64,000 nt of DNA, taken from NCBI GenBank assembly GCA_002633005.1, contig NMRA01000008.1:688985-752984 (forward strand). Reading direction: 5' to 3'. Below, one piece after another: positions 15,201 to 29,178 of this stretch (position 1 is the first letter of the stretch; each line of letters begins with the position of its first letter). The notes beneath the pieces were generated by a model, which saw only the letters and a program-made list of their open reading frames with translations, was not told the DNA's origin and made no database searches. Source of the stretch: Phoronis australis. Taxonomy: Eukaryota; Animalia; Phoronida. A program made the position numbers and the translations under genes.

Positions 15201-18200
15201 TAGTTTGCTAGGAAACAGACTGATCGGCTATCAATAAAAAAATTAATTTTGTAAATCTTAAACAAAGTACTTAAAAAAATAAATTTAATCTTCCCAATTA
15301 AGGCACGCTGTATTCTACGATAGCACTACAATGTGTGCTTTCGCGTTAAAACGGAGCCCAGCATTCCTGCAATGAAAAACATTTTTTCAATAACGGTTGC
15401 CAATATCTTAACAAATTGCTTAGAAAAATATTGGTAATGAAATTAAAGCGATAACAACCATTGGTGAGATAAAGTTTTGAATAAAGAAATCTTATCATAA
15501 TGATAGAGAAGGTATAAGCGTACACCTTATGTTAAGTCCATTAGGAACGTCATGTTGTCGAGGCTAATCCTGGGTTAAAGCGAGGTTGGTTTGAAATGGT
15601 TCAGGGCATTTCTCTGGCTCAGGAGGTACTCCATTGCTTTTGAGTAAGGTCCGCTGCTGAAATTGTGAAATCACCATAGACTGAACACGGAAAAGAGGTT
15701 TCCATTTCGAGACAGCTTTCATGAAAACCTTCACCATCTTTGGTAGAAGTTTATTCCCGTTGCATAGTCTTTGTTAGAGAGCTAAGTACACCTAACCATT
15801 GCCCGCAAGGGAATACTTTTGTAGGAAATCCAATGGGAAGTTTCGCTCTATCGTAAGAAATTTGTCGTGAATAAACACACCCAGTTGAACCAAATGTTCC
15901 CTGGGACACATCTCGTATACACTTTTTGTACTAGGCTGCATGACACAACAGTCGTAGCAAAAGCCCTGATCCGAAATTGCCAGAAGCTGGTGGCATGCTG
16001 GTTTAGTGACTCGAAAATGTCGCTTTGTGTCGAAACGTGCATCAGAAATCACTTCCTCCTCCAGTTTTTGTCCATGTGCTTGCGTACTGCGTCATTGCAT
16101 TTAAGAATTAAAATTTGATAACATTTTCACGATAATGTTAATATTTTAAAAATTTCGTTCCGTCCGTAAATGATTATGATGTTGACAATTTGGACGATTC
16201 ACATTTGACTGACTTCCGCAACACAAGTCCAAATAAATATAAGAACACTAACCTAACGAGGATTTCACTTGAATATTAAATCTACTATTTTGCCCAAATT
16301 CTGTTGAAAAGATTTTTGATTTGCCGCTCTTGAACGACAGTTATCTTCTGTTTGATGAAAAAACGATCAATAAACAGGTGTCATAATTTAATAACGTGAC
16401 GTCATTTTCGTCGTTCGGACTACTTGTAGTTCGTGCGGCGAGTTACAAACACTATTCCACGGCTTGGAAACATTGAAGAATAGTACCGAAACGCTCAACG
16501 ACTGCTAAACTATGCACTGTGTTCTCTGTGTGGTCTACTCTTTCACAGACTACCATTTTCAAGACTCCAAGCGAAAATAAAAGGCGGTTTAAAAATTAAC
16601 CATGAGGCCGATAGAACACTTTGCCTTGCAAATATTTTTGCAACATAAAAAGTGGTTAGTATGGTCGTTTTGGTCCGTCATGGACACGGGGTTAACAGAA
16701 ATTACACACGGTTGCAATGCATGGGTGTTCTCCCATTATTTTATTTTTTAATTTGGATTATGCTTGTTATCAACCGCATACTAAAATTTTGATTTCACTG
16801 CACACCCATGTGTAAATTCGCCTGCAGTAACAGTACACTTTTAGCAATTCAGTTTCCAGATTCAGGGTCTCTAAAAATCTCTCACTCTGACGCTATTCAC
16901 GCGATTAAAGGCTATAAACAGCTTTTTGGAATTTCACATTTACTTTGCACGGAATTTAATTATAAAAAAAGTTTTATCCAGTGGTTTAACGTTTTGAAAC
17001 ATTCCCAATTTATCAATTTTGAATTTTATTTTCGTAGTCTGTTTGGCCTGCTATCAACTCACCATGACGGAATGGTAATTCTTTCAAATCATTATAGTAA
17101 TAGCGTATTTTTCAAAGGCACCAATTTGCGCAAAAACGATTATCCGGCTTATAGCAATCACGGTTCATCATCATTCACTGGCCAATTTTAGACGTACTTT
17201 TAATGCAAAAAGCACTAAACTAACGTCATGATTTTTTCTAATTTTTCAAACAAATGACTCTCATTTATCAACGAAATTAGAACTTCTTTCATTTCTATCC
17301 TTGAAGAAATGTAATCCGATTACAAAGCTTTGTTTGGTAATCTGCCGTAAATCCTTACTGTGATTTCGAAGTGAGATTTGCGCTCACAACTTACGCTAAT
17401 ATACTACAAGTTGGTGTATATTAATATAGAAGAATTATTGGGATAAAAGAGTTATATTTGTATGTCAATTCCATGGATTATACCGATGGCGCAGGGATTT
17501 CTGGGTTAAAACCCATTCTTTCAAGCCGGGTCTAAAGCATTAATAAAGAAAAGTCATAATTTGGTCAAATAGTATTTATTAATATACCTAGAATATTAAT
17601 TCAGCTGATTCACTGAAGTATTTTTCCGATAAAATCAGGATGGGTTATCTTACAGAAACAAAACAAAATATTAATTAATCAACAACACGTGATTTTCGAA
17701 TCCTCACTACAATACCACTCAGTTCAGATTCACATTTCATATTGACTGATGTTTTAATTTCNNNNNNNNNNNNNNNNNNNNNNNNNNNNNNNNNNNNNNN
17801 NNNNNNNNNNNNNNNNNNNNNNNNNNNNNNNNNNNNNNNNNNNNNNNNNNNNNNNNNNNNNNNNNNNNNNNNNNNNNNNNNNNNNNNNNNNNNNNNNNNN
17901 NNNNNNNNNNNNNNNNNNNNNNNNNNNNNNNNNNNNNNNNNNNNNNNNNNNNNNNNNNNNNNNNNNNNNNNNNNNNNNNNNNNNNNNNNNNNNNNNNNNN
18001 NNNNNNNNNNNNNNNNNNNNNNNNNNNNNNNNNNNNNNNNNNNNNNNNNNNNNNNNNNNNNNNNNNNNNNNNNNNNNNNNNNNNNNNNNNNNNNNNNNNN
18101 NNNNNNNNNNNNNNNNNNNNNNNNNNNNNNNNNNNNNNNNNNNNNNNNNNNNNNNNNNNNNNNNNNNNNNNNNNNNNNNNNNNNNNNNNNNNNNNNNNNN

Positions 18201-21200
18201 NNNNNNNNNNNNNNNNNNNNNNNNNNNNNNNNNNNNNNNNNNNNNNNNNNNNNNNNNNNNNNNNNNNNNNNNNNNNNNNNNNNNNNNNNNNNNNNNNNNN
18301 NNNNNNNNNNNNNNNNNNNNNNNNNNNNNNNNNNNNNNNNNNNNNNNNNNNNNNNNNNNNNNNNNNNNNNNNNNNNNNNNNNNNNNNNNNNNNNNNNNNN
18401 NNNNNNNNNNNNNNNNNNNNNNNNNNNNNNNNNNNNNNNNNNNNNNNNNNNNNNNNNNNNNNNNNNNNNNNNNNNNNNNNNNNNNNNNNNNNNNNNNNNN
18501 NNNNNNNNNNNNNNNNNNNNNNNNNNNNNNNNNNNNNNNNNNNNNNNNNNNNNNNNNNNNNGGGGGGGGGGGCTCGTCCGTCTCTGTCGCCTCTGCAGGA
18601 GGAAGAGCTTATAATTCAACGATGTAGAAACTTAGTTTTCACTGAAACCATAAGTCAGGCAAATAATAGGAAAACTATGTAGGTTGTGTTACTTGTTACT
18701 AGGATAAATGGTGGAGATTAGTATTTTTCGAATTTTAAATAAAGTACACATCCTGTGGTGAATGCCAAAACAAACGTTGCAGACAACATGATGCAGGCGT
18801 CTTTAAGCACCATAATTATTGTCTATGGTAACAAACTATTCAATATTTACTTATTATCGTTAGCACTGCGCTGGAAGCGTACCGAATCAAGTGCCGTGTC
18901 ATTTATGAGAATTAATTGGAGACTTGATCAAAGTTACGACTGTATCGAGTCATGGCTTAATTAAAAGTTTGTCAGCTCGTGACAGCTATAATTAAGGGTC
19001 ACTTGTAATTTTGTCGCTCTGTACGCAAGTCTCCCACGAGAGATCTTCGCACATTCACTGACGGGAAAACTTATTTGTGGCAAGTTGAAATCACTTTCGG
19101 AGAATCAATTTTGATCTTAAGTTTCATGGAGCATATGCCTTAAGGAACATTTTAGTGATTGAAAAAAAGGATTTTTTTATAAAATGGAGGATATTTGTGC
19201 TATGATTTCCATATTTACCACCAAGGGACGCTACCACAGAAGTGACATACGATACGGGATGTGTCGCCCAGAAAATTTTCTTATTCACGACCAGTTCCAT
19301 TCGAAAGGGTGCTTTTTCGGACAAAATCTACTACAGACGCAGTTTCCCTCGAAAGAATTCAATTTGGGAGTCCGAAAACTCGACAAAATGCTAATTTTCC
19401 ATCAACACGAAACCGCAGATTTTCATTATTATCAATACTCTAGACAAGCAAATGGCGAATTCATTATTTGACAACCTGGCGGGTTCCTTCTGTTGTTCCT
19501 GGCTCAATAGGATAATTAAAGATGCAGTTGTCCAAGATTTCCAACAGTACAAATCATATATTACCTCTCAACATGACTCGTCATTTCGCCGTTATTCCGC
19601 CTAGCTCAGACAGAATATGCCGTTGCCGTCATGACGGCGAGGTCAATTTGAGATACAATTTGTACTGTACGAAAGGGTTAGGTTTACCGAATTAACCTCT
19701 GCAAAATGAATGGCGTTTCTGCATCAAAACGTTACGAAGTGTGATTTTTTCGTTTAACTCTCTTGACAGGGAGATCCTCTGTTTTCGAGTCCACTCTAAA
19801 TTTCAAGCTAAACCCCCGTCAAAATGTTGCCGAGTAACCCCCTGGAGGAGGCAATTTCCCTTAAAAATCGTGGCAAATTTCTAGTCAGTTGTGCATGTAG
19901 TTACCTTAACCGAATACACGCCACTGCTCAGTGCACTGGTCCCAATAGACCCATTTCTCATTCCTGCAGGCCTATCTACTAACCATGAACACAGGTGGGG
20001 TTTCAATTAGACTCACGATTACCTGTTACATCTCACTAAGACCGCTATAATCTCATAGCCCCACGGCATTACTTCAACACTAGGTGGACCGCGCGGCAGA
20101 CTTTGAAGCCTATCTATTGACGGCTGTATTATCTTGTTAATTTAGTTAGCTAATGTTTGTGGAAAGTATTACAAATATTGTAGAGCCAGCCAAGCGCTTG
20201 TATCATAACCACGACGTTAATTAATGAAAAAGCAGCCAATGTGGATTTAATACGAGTTTATAAACACCACCGAATCAATTAAGGCGTGACTTCCGCGGTA
20301 TTTATGTGTATTCCACGTAAAGTGTGTACTAAATGTCCCGGGATTTCAACAAGTTCTGACACCGCAGACAAGACACAGTTTTCGGGTCTTACCAAGTTGT
20401 TTATTACAATAAAAACTAATCGTGTTACAACCTCAATAATTCCGACTGATTGCCCAGTATATGGGGGTCTGTTTTAGGCGAAATGTGCCGCAACACGAAA
20501 GCGTCCTCTTTCCCCATGGAAGGCTTCATTTTATCGGTTATGAAATCACCAATGAAAAGGTCCAAATTGCAGCAAAACTCAACAGAAATTTTTTGTATTT
20601 ATTTTAGAGCCCAAGGGGTTATTTGTTCAATTCTTTTGGAAACAAACCGCAACTAAAATGAGACTTGTTCATGGAAGGTCTCCACGAATGGATCCTTTTA
20701 AATGTGCCAACTCTCTAAAACGACGGGAATTTATTGTCTGGACTTCCTAAAAGTGGGAAGTGAGGTGCCTTAATTTCCTAGCAGTGAGACATAGGCGGAT
20801 CCAGGGGAGGTCAAGGAGGTCCGGACCCCCTTTTTCCCTTGATTTTAGTGATATCAAATCTAGAATTTGAAAATATTGACTTAGACCCACCTTTTTAAAA
20901 AATCCTAGATCCGACCCCACTTTTAAAAATTCTGGAGCCGCCACTGGTGAGAACAAGAAGATACTTTTTGGACAACAAGTTTGATGGCAGGTCATGCATT
21001 TTCAAACCTGCAGCGACAAATGTTGGGTCGAGAACCCCATATTAGATGACGTTTTTGCATTTAAAGTTAGAGGGTTATTATCGTTTTACGGCCGAAAAAC
21101 TCATTTGGGGATTTTTGACGGATAGGATAGACTTTTGAAGTTTCTAGCTTTGACCAGAGTTATGAAGAACAAACTTTGTTGTGTTCTTTAATTTAATTTC

Positions 21201-23642
21201 AAATCACCAATTCTTGTCATTGTCTGCCAAACATTCGCTGAAATCAATAATTTAAATACGCTTATATTTCTACGGTATCTGACATTTGGCTCAGCGGTGG
21301 TGTTCGGCTGCTGCTGTGGGGCTAGTTGGTTCGATTGCGCGCTACTGTTTATTTCTATAAAATCGGTTTTCTCGCCCAGAATGTCCATTTAAGACAAGGC
21401 CACTCGTATTAGTTTTAATTTGCATCTAAAGCTATAAAAACGTCGTGTACTGCAGGCCGCCGCGGGTGTGTGTTTCTTCTTGTTACGCGAGATCAGGCCA
21501 GACTGGTTCGTTGACATGCCAGCAACTGCACAATACATTGTTGAATCAAAATAAACTTTGTTAAAGGGAACACGCGTACCACGTGTAGTGAGTATTAATA
21601 GTCAAGTTCCCCTGCCATATTGTATTCAGTTGGTGTGTCAACACCGTGGTAACTCCATCATATTCCATCTAAAGACGATCATCATTACTAGCCTAGGTTA
21701 ATAATATAAGCAAAAATCATTTGACGAACATTTCACAACATAACTGCTTTTAAATAGTCCATTGTTTTGCATCGCCATCTATCAACTTGTAACGCCATTA
21801 CATGATATTCAGGCGTTGGCTTTGCTGCACTTAAAACGTATTGTGTAAATATTTTCTGATCGTTTGCAGGTTTTTTGCCCTTAAACACATCTGCTGAAGT
21901 CATTGGTCGCTCGTAAACGCTAAACGTTTACAGAAATGTTTAGTTAGAAAGGAATGGCCTTTCGATGTTGAACACGGCAATGATTGTTTTAAAAGACTGT
22001 TAAATTTTAATAGTTGCCACGCGCGAAGTCATTGAGGAAATATGTTGGATACATGTTCGCTATAGTTGGATTAAATTGGGCTAGCATGCTTTGTACTTTT
22101 ATGGGGGAATAACATCAGAGTTAACACCATGCTTAAGTTGGATTATGAGTATAGAAATCCCGAAGTCACTCGCTCCACAATTTATCAAAAAAAATAAAAA
22201 ATCACAGCGTAGAGTAAGCCATGAGAAAGACTAAGATACTGAGTGATCGAACTATAATTTAAATATGAATTTTAATAAAATATTTTAAGTAATCGTCCAT
22301 AATCAGTAACGTCTGAACAGACGTAACAAACTAAAGCGTTAGACATACCCTCTCACCTATATGAAGAGAATTTTCCAACAATCTCGACGTTCCTCTTTCT
22401 CCGCCGGACTGTGGATAATTATGTATTTATGCATCTGTATTTGTAGCTATATGAAGTAATATCGGAACAGGAATGACACAGCAACAGAAGCATCGAATAA
22501 TGGAGAGTGAAAAAGTACATTCTTAGCCACAGAACTAGCAGTTCATAGTTAATTTGGTAAAACATTTCCTCGTGACATTATTTTGAAATCAGGGGAATCA
22601 TTTCGTCTGACTTGAAGGAAACGTAAGCCCAATCATCATGTTAGCAACAACGAGCCTACGTTCCATTACGTAGCAATTGGACACCTGACGCTCTAAAGAA
22701 TCAATTTCAACTTTCCCCAGTTAATAAAAAATGACATTTTCAACTTGAATGAACACGTGTGCAGGCATGTCTTACGAAACACGAACATGAGAACCCAAAA
22801 TTAAATCTCTCTTCTTTTGTCATCACTATGGTTGATTTTAAAAGGTTCTGTGTTTTCATGAACACTGCGCTGTTCCCCTGAAGTTAACGAAATTGGCTTT
22901 ATTGCGCACACCTGCATATTTTGAGGATATTCTGACTGTGTGAAGTATGAACACCTTGTGTGTTCCTTTACCGTAGCCAATACTGGAAAATAGTGGACGC
23001 TACAATAGACGTATTCCCCCTATTTAGTTGAGTCGTTTACTTCGTCGCCATTTTAACCAATCTCTGTCTAGATAAAGAATATTTGTTTGTTTTCCCCTAT
23101 TACTCTTGCGACAGTGGAATATTTTTCTCTGTTAAGAGCAATGTCATAAATTACAAATGGAAAAATATGTCAATACAGCTCATCAGCTGTGTGCCCCTAA
23201 AAATTTATTTTTACACTTTGTTCAGTTACCAACTTGATAGTAATAGTCGAGTTCTTTTTCAAAACATCTTTATCAATTTTGCTCAAGGGTCAAGTTTCGC
23301 GTTTTTAAACTTTTAAAAAAGTATAGAAAATTTAAGATATGCATTCAAGTTGATTATGTACTACGAAATCATTTGAGCGCAACAAAATGGGAGTAATTAA
23401 TGATGACAAAAGTTGGTGAAATTCTTTGAAACTTTGAGGATCATTTATATGAAACCGTATCCTTTCAGGTGTGGTTTCAAAACAGACGGACAAAATGGCG
23501 GAAGAAGCATGCAGCGGAAATGGCGACAGCGAAAAAACGTCAGGAGGCGGAAATGGACGACAGTGAAAACGAGGACGATTGTGAAAATTACCAAACTCAG
23601 CAAAATTTCAGTAGTTGTAGTCTGAACAACCAACCGTCGTAG
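6289..23642 (+). CDS. Nkx6: NK6-family homeobox transcription factor (Nkx6/HGTX), 3 coding exons, ~256 aa
   Basis: Exons: 6289-6718 (ATG in ccgccATG context; donor T|GTAAGT), 14977-15143 (ttccAG acceptor; AAG|GTCAGT) and 23469-23642 (ttcAG acceptor; TAG stop). Phases are 1 and 0; total 771 nt. The protein has Nkx6 hallmarks: N-terminal [16 protein letters not shown], eh1/TN motif [18 protein letters not shown], homeodomain [47 protein letters not shown]|[19 protein letters not shown] and an acidic C-terminus. Confidence 0.96.
17762..18561. other. Assembly gap (800 N) in Nkx6 intron 2
   Basis: Run of N followed by a poly-G tract. Confidence 0.99.
20790..20946. mobile_element. ~155-bp MITE (GGCGGATCCAG-type TIR family), copy 1
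   Basis: CATAGGCGGATCCAG ... CTGGAGCCGCCACTG. Shares the internal TTTTAAAAATCCT.GATC.GACCCC with the copy at 34845-34993. Related ends occur at ~10986 and ~39461. Confidence 0.7.
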
Positions 23643-24145
23643 AAGCCCACATCCTCGCGTTTCGAACTGGCTAAATTATTAAATTATTTTTGTATATATT
23701 GATATTTCGGTGTCTGTACGTTTACTGAATGCCGGAATTTCTGTAGTGTTCGTCACGAAAAAGAGGAGACTGGAATCGAATATGCAACAGTGTCGCAATG
23801 CCCTGAACAATGCAACAAGAACTGCATTATTTTCTAGTCAATCGACATTAAAGAAGAAGGCAGGGTCGAGAATCGCAATACATAACCGGACTCAATTGGA
23901 AAGGCAGTTGACCATGACGAGCTACTGTGAAAAACAAACCACTTGATGGGGCATTACACCGACCAATCACGTCAAGAAAGCATTGAGCAGTTGTACTGGG
24001 TACGTTTTTTTCAGACGGAACATCTCTGCTTCTGAGGGTAGATGCCAGTGCTGTCAAGCCGTCTGCTCACTCAACTGGCGCATCTCACGCGATTGCTTTA
24101 CCGACAAATGCTTTATAATTGAAGCCTGCTCGGCTGATCCATGTA

Positions 24146-24151
24146 AATAAA
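24146..24151 (+). terminator. Putative Nkx6 polyadenylation signal
   Basis: AATAAA about 500 nt downstream of the Nkx6 stop, followed by T-rich sequence. Confidence 0.45.
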
Positions 24152-25789
24152 TTTGATTGATTAAAATTTATTCTTTTACACGCACCACAACACAGTATTC
24201 TAAAATATCCAATACAACAAGAAATATTAAGTTTTTCCTGTATACAAAAATCCAGAAAAGGTAAACTTATCGTACAGGTATTTTTTCACTGAAATTTCCT
24301 AATGCTCTTGCTAAATTTTGGTTTCGCTTACATTTAGGAACGGCCGGCAGTTCATCATAGACATTAGATGTTTTGCTGAATAAACATCCAAAGTTGGTTT
24401 ATTTCGGGTCGGATGGCTAACATGATAACGAGGTTTGGGAAATGAAATTTTGGTTTGCTTTGATAATTTCCATTCGTAAACAGTCTTCAAAATTGATGAA
24501 TAATTTTGGAAACTTTGAAGTATATTTACAACAAACGTTTCAAATATGGAACTAAAAGTAGTCCAATGACGAAGAGAGCACTGTTTGAAACGTTCGGGTT
24601 TTATTGAATTCCCGTCTGTATTTGTATTTTTTCTTTCGTATTGGTTCTTTTAAACGCACTGCGTAGTTAAGAATATTTTACGTGTTTTTCGCTAAGCCAC
24701 TAAAAATTACAACCAAGATATTATACAACGCGCTTGAATCGATTTATTTTATTGACAACCATTCTTGTTCAGACGGTCATGTAAAATAGCACGCAAGTCT
24801 TTTTTATCTTATTCTTATTTTTCTTCTTTCAAAGCGGTCAGAGCTTCACTAGCAGCACTGAAAAATTTGGATTGATTTTGAATAATACGTGAACAAAAAC
24901 TAATTACTTAATTTATCAAACCGGGTGATAGTGTGGTTGTGTAAATGTTGTGCCCCTCGCGCGTCCGTTGTTTTTGAACCGTAATATTCTTGCAAACGCA
25001 CATGATATAGCACTCCAAACTCGCGGAAACATTTTTGTTCTAATCAACTAAATCCATCGAGATGAGCTATACAAATTGATAGACCAATCCCGAGGGAAGA
25101 GTGAACGAGAGTGATCGTGACAGCATCATTAAAATAGTTGTTAAGTAAATGCTTTGTCATACATTCTCTGAGCTTAAGTGTTGCAAAATGCAAACAACTT
25201 TTTACACCACTGGACTCGGGATCATATACACGGTGTCAGTTTCAGTATTGTATGCTTTGGACTGTTTTAAAAATGCTTTTTCTTTTCCATTCAATTTTTC
25301 AAAAACTAGATGGGTTTGAACTAAAAATTCAAAGGATTAACAAGAGTTCCAAGTAGTCACGCTGCTCTATACCATAACCACTATCGCAAATATTTTTCGA
25401 GAGGTATAAATATCTTTCTGACATGTAGAAATCTATCGATAATACCGAAATATTACATAACATAACGTTTCCTTTCGTTTCTAGAAACTTCAAGTCCAGC
25501 ACCTGTTCTATTCTCTCCCGGACGTCAGACTTTATACGCTTCTTTATAACAACCGGTTGATTTTGGAAAACACGCATGTTTTTAACGTTGAAATAATGAA
25601 TGCAGTTGGTCTTAGTAGCTAAGGCATGTTTCCACATCTACGATTGCGATTTGTAAGCGCAGCGGTTGTACATATAGTTGAAATATGACTACAGTCAATT
25701 TGGTATAACTCCAGAACATCTATATCAATAACATTTTGGAGTGGTTAAAGAAAAAATGTTTATTTTTAGAATGCGCTCATGGTCGCTTG

Positions 25790-26045
25790 TCCAGAATCAA
25801 TTTGATTTTATTTCCGATGTTGCAAAGCCGTGTAGCTTTTTTTACGGGGACAGTCGGGAGTTTACGGGCATGTCGCGACATCTTGTGAGAAAATTCCAGA
25901 CACTCTTCTGAGATGCGGTTGTGGTGCTGCTTGTATGACGTATTCGATGGACGTTTAATCAGAAAAAGTAGCGATGCTTGTACGAACACAGGAAAGACGT
26001 TGCACTGATTAAGAACTTTTTTTTTCAAAGATGGCAACTGAACGA
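25790..26045 (-). mobile_element. Possible highly decayed RTE-like LINE fragment
   Basis: The minus-strand translation LPSLKKKVLNQC..FPV resembles the C-terminal region of RTE-clade ORF2 (LK.KVFNQC.LP). The reading frame is broken; recognition is from memory only. Confidence 0.25.
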
Positions 26046-26119
26046 ACTCAAGAGCATTCATGTCCACAACAACTCTACTATGAAAATAACCGAAGGAAAT
26101 AATTAATGAAGCACGTGCA

Positions 26120-26610
26120 TGCTGACGATGATAATAACAGGATGATGAAGAACAACAACAACAACAACAACAACCATTCTGATGATGATGAATATGACGA
26201 TGATGGTGATGGTGGTGATGGTGATAGTGATGGTGATAGTGATGGTGATAACAACAATAATACTAATACTAATAATGATAAGAATAAGAGCACCAGTAAT
26301 AACAATAATAATGATGAGAGTGGTATTAATGATAACAACAATAATCCAAGTGACAATGATGGTAATGAATAATTCCTCTACAATTAACAATAATAATAAT
26401 AGTAATAACAACAAGAACAACAAGAACAACAACAACAACAACAATAATAATAACATTAATACCAACGCCTAGTACTAATATTAAAACTACTACAAATACT
26501 AATATCAATACTAATACCGATACCAATACCAATACCAATACTCCTATTAATACTATTCGTAATACCAATACTAATATTGATACTAATACTAATACTAATA
26601 CTAATACTCT
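26120..26610. repeat. Compound trinucleotide/hexanucleotide microsatellite (AAC/AAT/GAT/GGT, AATACT)
   Basis: Low-complexity tract that accounts for the spurious poly-N, poly-L and poly-I ORFs here. Confidence 0.9.
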
Positions 26611-27410
26611 ACAAACAATTCTGACAACGTTTAAAGGCCATTTTCGTGACATATTCATCCGTGAAGTATTGAATAATATTAAGCTATCCAAAGTGACAGC
26701 AAGTGGAACACACCTGGCGCCCTCCCTCAGCAACAGCGACAATCATTACCCTACGCCCCCACTCGACACATCGTGTCTACCAAGTTGAAATTTAACATGA
26801 ACTGAGTATGAAAACATTACGAGTAGATTAAAATGTTCTGATAATGATCATAGAAAAGACATTTTCATTTCAGAGGCGCTTGGCGAAATAAGGATATCTT
26901 GCTGAGTAAAATCCCAATAATTGGAAAGAAGTTATTTTTTATATTACCTACCTGCCAAATGTAAACATGTATTATAGATTAAGTTTATAGAAATAAGTAG
27001 TTCTATCAAAATGATGTATCATTATGTATTCTTTGACCTCTAAAGTCGTGAAACAAGAATTCAAACGACGTTAAGCACTACCTTGCCGAGACAGTAATTT
27101 ATTTATCCCGCCAGTGGTTACCAACAAGCTGCGTCTAGTAACGACAAGCCTGCGGAAAGAATGCAATAGCCTACGACCACGTGTCACTAATGTCGCCTGT
27201 CGTGGGTTTGTGCTATTTCCTGACTTTTGCAAAAGCCGTTGATGTTTGCCACTAAAACCGTCAATAAAAGATGTGTTACCATGGCGAAAGGCCTGGAATC
27301 ACAAAATACGTATTTTATATACTGTAACAATAGCGTTTCAAGCAAAGATTGACAAAATGTTTTATTGATATAGGTGTTTACAAAAACAAAGCTACGACGA
27401 TGCAAAGCAT

Positions 27411-27578
27411 CCGCGGCTGGTACTATCCGTGAACTGGCAGATCCGAGGCTGGTACTGTCCGTCAACTGGCAGATCCGAGGCTGGTACTGTCCGTGAACTG
27501 GCAGATCCGCGGCTGCATGGTACTGTCCGTGAACTGGCAGATCCGCGGCTAGTACTGTCCATGAACTGGCAGATTCGT
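27411..27578. repeat. 32-bp minisatellite, ~5 copies
   Basis: Unit GGCTGGTACTGTCCGTGAACTGGCAGATCCGA, starting at 27415, 27447, 27479 and onward. One copy has a 4-bp insertion. There are no unique spacers. Confidence 0.9.
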
Positions 27579-28337
27579 GTTCGCAGGATTCCACAGTAAT
27601 TACTCACACGCACAAAAACGTCGCGCTGACTTTACATAGGCAAGATGAGAGATTGAGGCATTTTAGCATTCCGTAAGGGACAAGATATCGTGGAATCGAG
27701 TAGAGATTACAACTAACTAAAGAAACCGGCTGCATTTTTTGTTCTTGTAATAGAGGAGACAAATGTTACTGAATATGCCTCTCGCAGCTTTGCCAAAGAA
27801 AATTAAGTTTCTTGCCCCTATAACACTAAAGCGGATCCGTTGAAAAGTGTATTGAAACTTGAACGATCAGCACCCGAGAAACTACGTGTATGGCCGGTGC
27901 TGTGTGAAACTTCGATTCAGTTGTGCGTGGTAATTATTTTAACATTTACACAGATCTATCCTAAAGGTACCAATAAGGAGCCTTAGGACGGGATGTCGAC
28001 CATCATGACCCCTAATATGTGTTCAACACGTTCGATATTCTTTTCATGCGGTTTTATTGCCTTTAGATGTGTAATGGGGCCTCACCAACGAATGGTTCTG
28101 CCTTGTGTGGATATGCCCTAACGCTGTGCCCAGGTGTTAAATTTATATCCTCATATTGTTGCCAAACGCATGTCTTACGAGGTGTTATCTAATGCCTGTA
28201 TGCCTCATGGTAGCAACAGTACAATATCAGAGCACCTGTCTTTCAGGTGTGTTCGAGACATCCAACATTTTGGAAACACGGCAGTTCTATTCACGAAAGA
28301 AGTTTTACTCGACCCAATTTCCTACAACACGTCATTT

Positions 28338-28487
28338 CATGGGCGGCGCAGCACTGAAAAACGTAGCGAGCTAAAGTCCCCCAGCCCCTTTTTGGTGCAC
28401 CGCCTATAGAACATGGGCCCCGTAGCACTGAAAAAAGTGGGGGGCTATAGCCCCCCCCCCAGCCCCCTATATGGTGCGCCGCCCATG
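28338..28487 (+). mobile_element. GC-rich ~150-bp MITE (CATGGGCGGCGCA TIR), copy A
   Basis: 13-bp TIRs CATGGGCGGCGCA / TGCGCCGCCCATG. An inverted homologous copy lies at 29031-29178. Confidence 0.75.
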
Positions 28488-29030
28488 CATTGGAATTTTA
28501 TCAGTATTCTCAATTCGAGGTTGCACGTCTACAACCCGGGTTAAAGAGTNACATCGCGACACTTGGACGTTATATTTTTTTAATTTGCATTTAGCCCTGT
28601 ATAGCCCGCCAAAAACTATAAAAGCTAATCGTTCTCATCATATATCTGACGGTGATAGGATCGGTTTTCCGTTATCACCAATAACATCGAAACTATCAGC
28701 GACACAAGAAAATGCTCTTGCCGTGTTTATTAGGGTTGACAAATCCTAGAATTGCAAAATTCGAAAATGGCGTTTTGCCGAGACCTATTATGTAAGAGTA
28801 AAAGCCTAATTGAAATTTCATTTTTAGTAAGTCGAACAGAGAAAAATACAGCTTTAATTTGCGTTTTTCTGTAGACATTATTGCCGTTTGAATAAGGCGA
28901 ACTAGTATTAGTTTTTCATTTATACTACACGCGGGATGAAATACATAAGATATATTATGGCGTCTTAAACAACCAAAATGTTGTTTCGTCCATTAATTTT
29001 AATTAGGTGTAGCTTTTCGAGCCTCCAAAA

Positions 29031-29178
29031 CATGGGCGGCGCACCATAGGGGGCTTGGGGGGGGGGCTATAGCCCCCCACTTTTTCAGTGTTAGGTCGCA
29101 CATGGTCTATAGGCGGTGCACCCCAGGCTGCTGAGGGGGCTTTAGCCCCCCACTTTTTTCAGTGCTGCGCCGCCCATG
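29031..29178 (-). mobile_element. GC-rich ~150-bp MITE, copy B (inverted relative to A)
   Basis: Same TIRs. The interior is a diverged reverse complement of 28338-28487 (CTATAGGCGGTGCACC vs GGTGCACCGCCTATAG). Confidence 0.75.

Noticed and set aside
17675-18619. Long ORFs of 290-314 aa
   Set aside because: They consist almost entirely of the N gap.
23457-23465. GTATCCTTT, a perfect U12-type 5' splice site consensus, overlapping the Nkx6 exon 3 acceptor
   Set aside because: It forms the pyrimidine tract of a normal U2 acceptor. I saw no matching downstream U12 branch site or upstream exon, and a single 9-mer in 64 kb is plausible by chance.
26078-26742. Several overlapping poly-Asn/Leu/Ile ORFs
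   Set aside because: They are by-products of a compound microsatellite, with no splice or domain support.
27411-27578. 32-bp repeats of CRISPR-like length
   Set aside because: The units are contiguous with no unique spacers, there are no cas genes, and the context is eukaryotic. It is a minisatellite.
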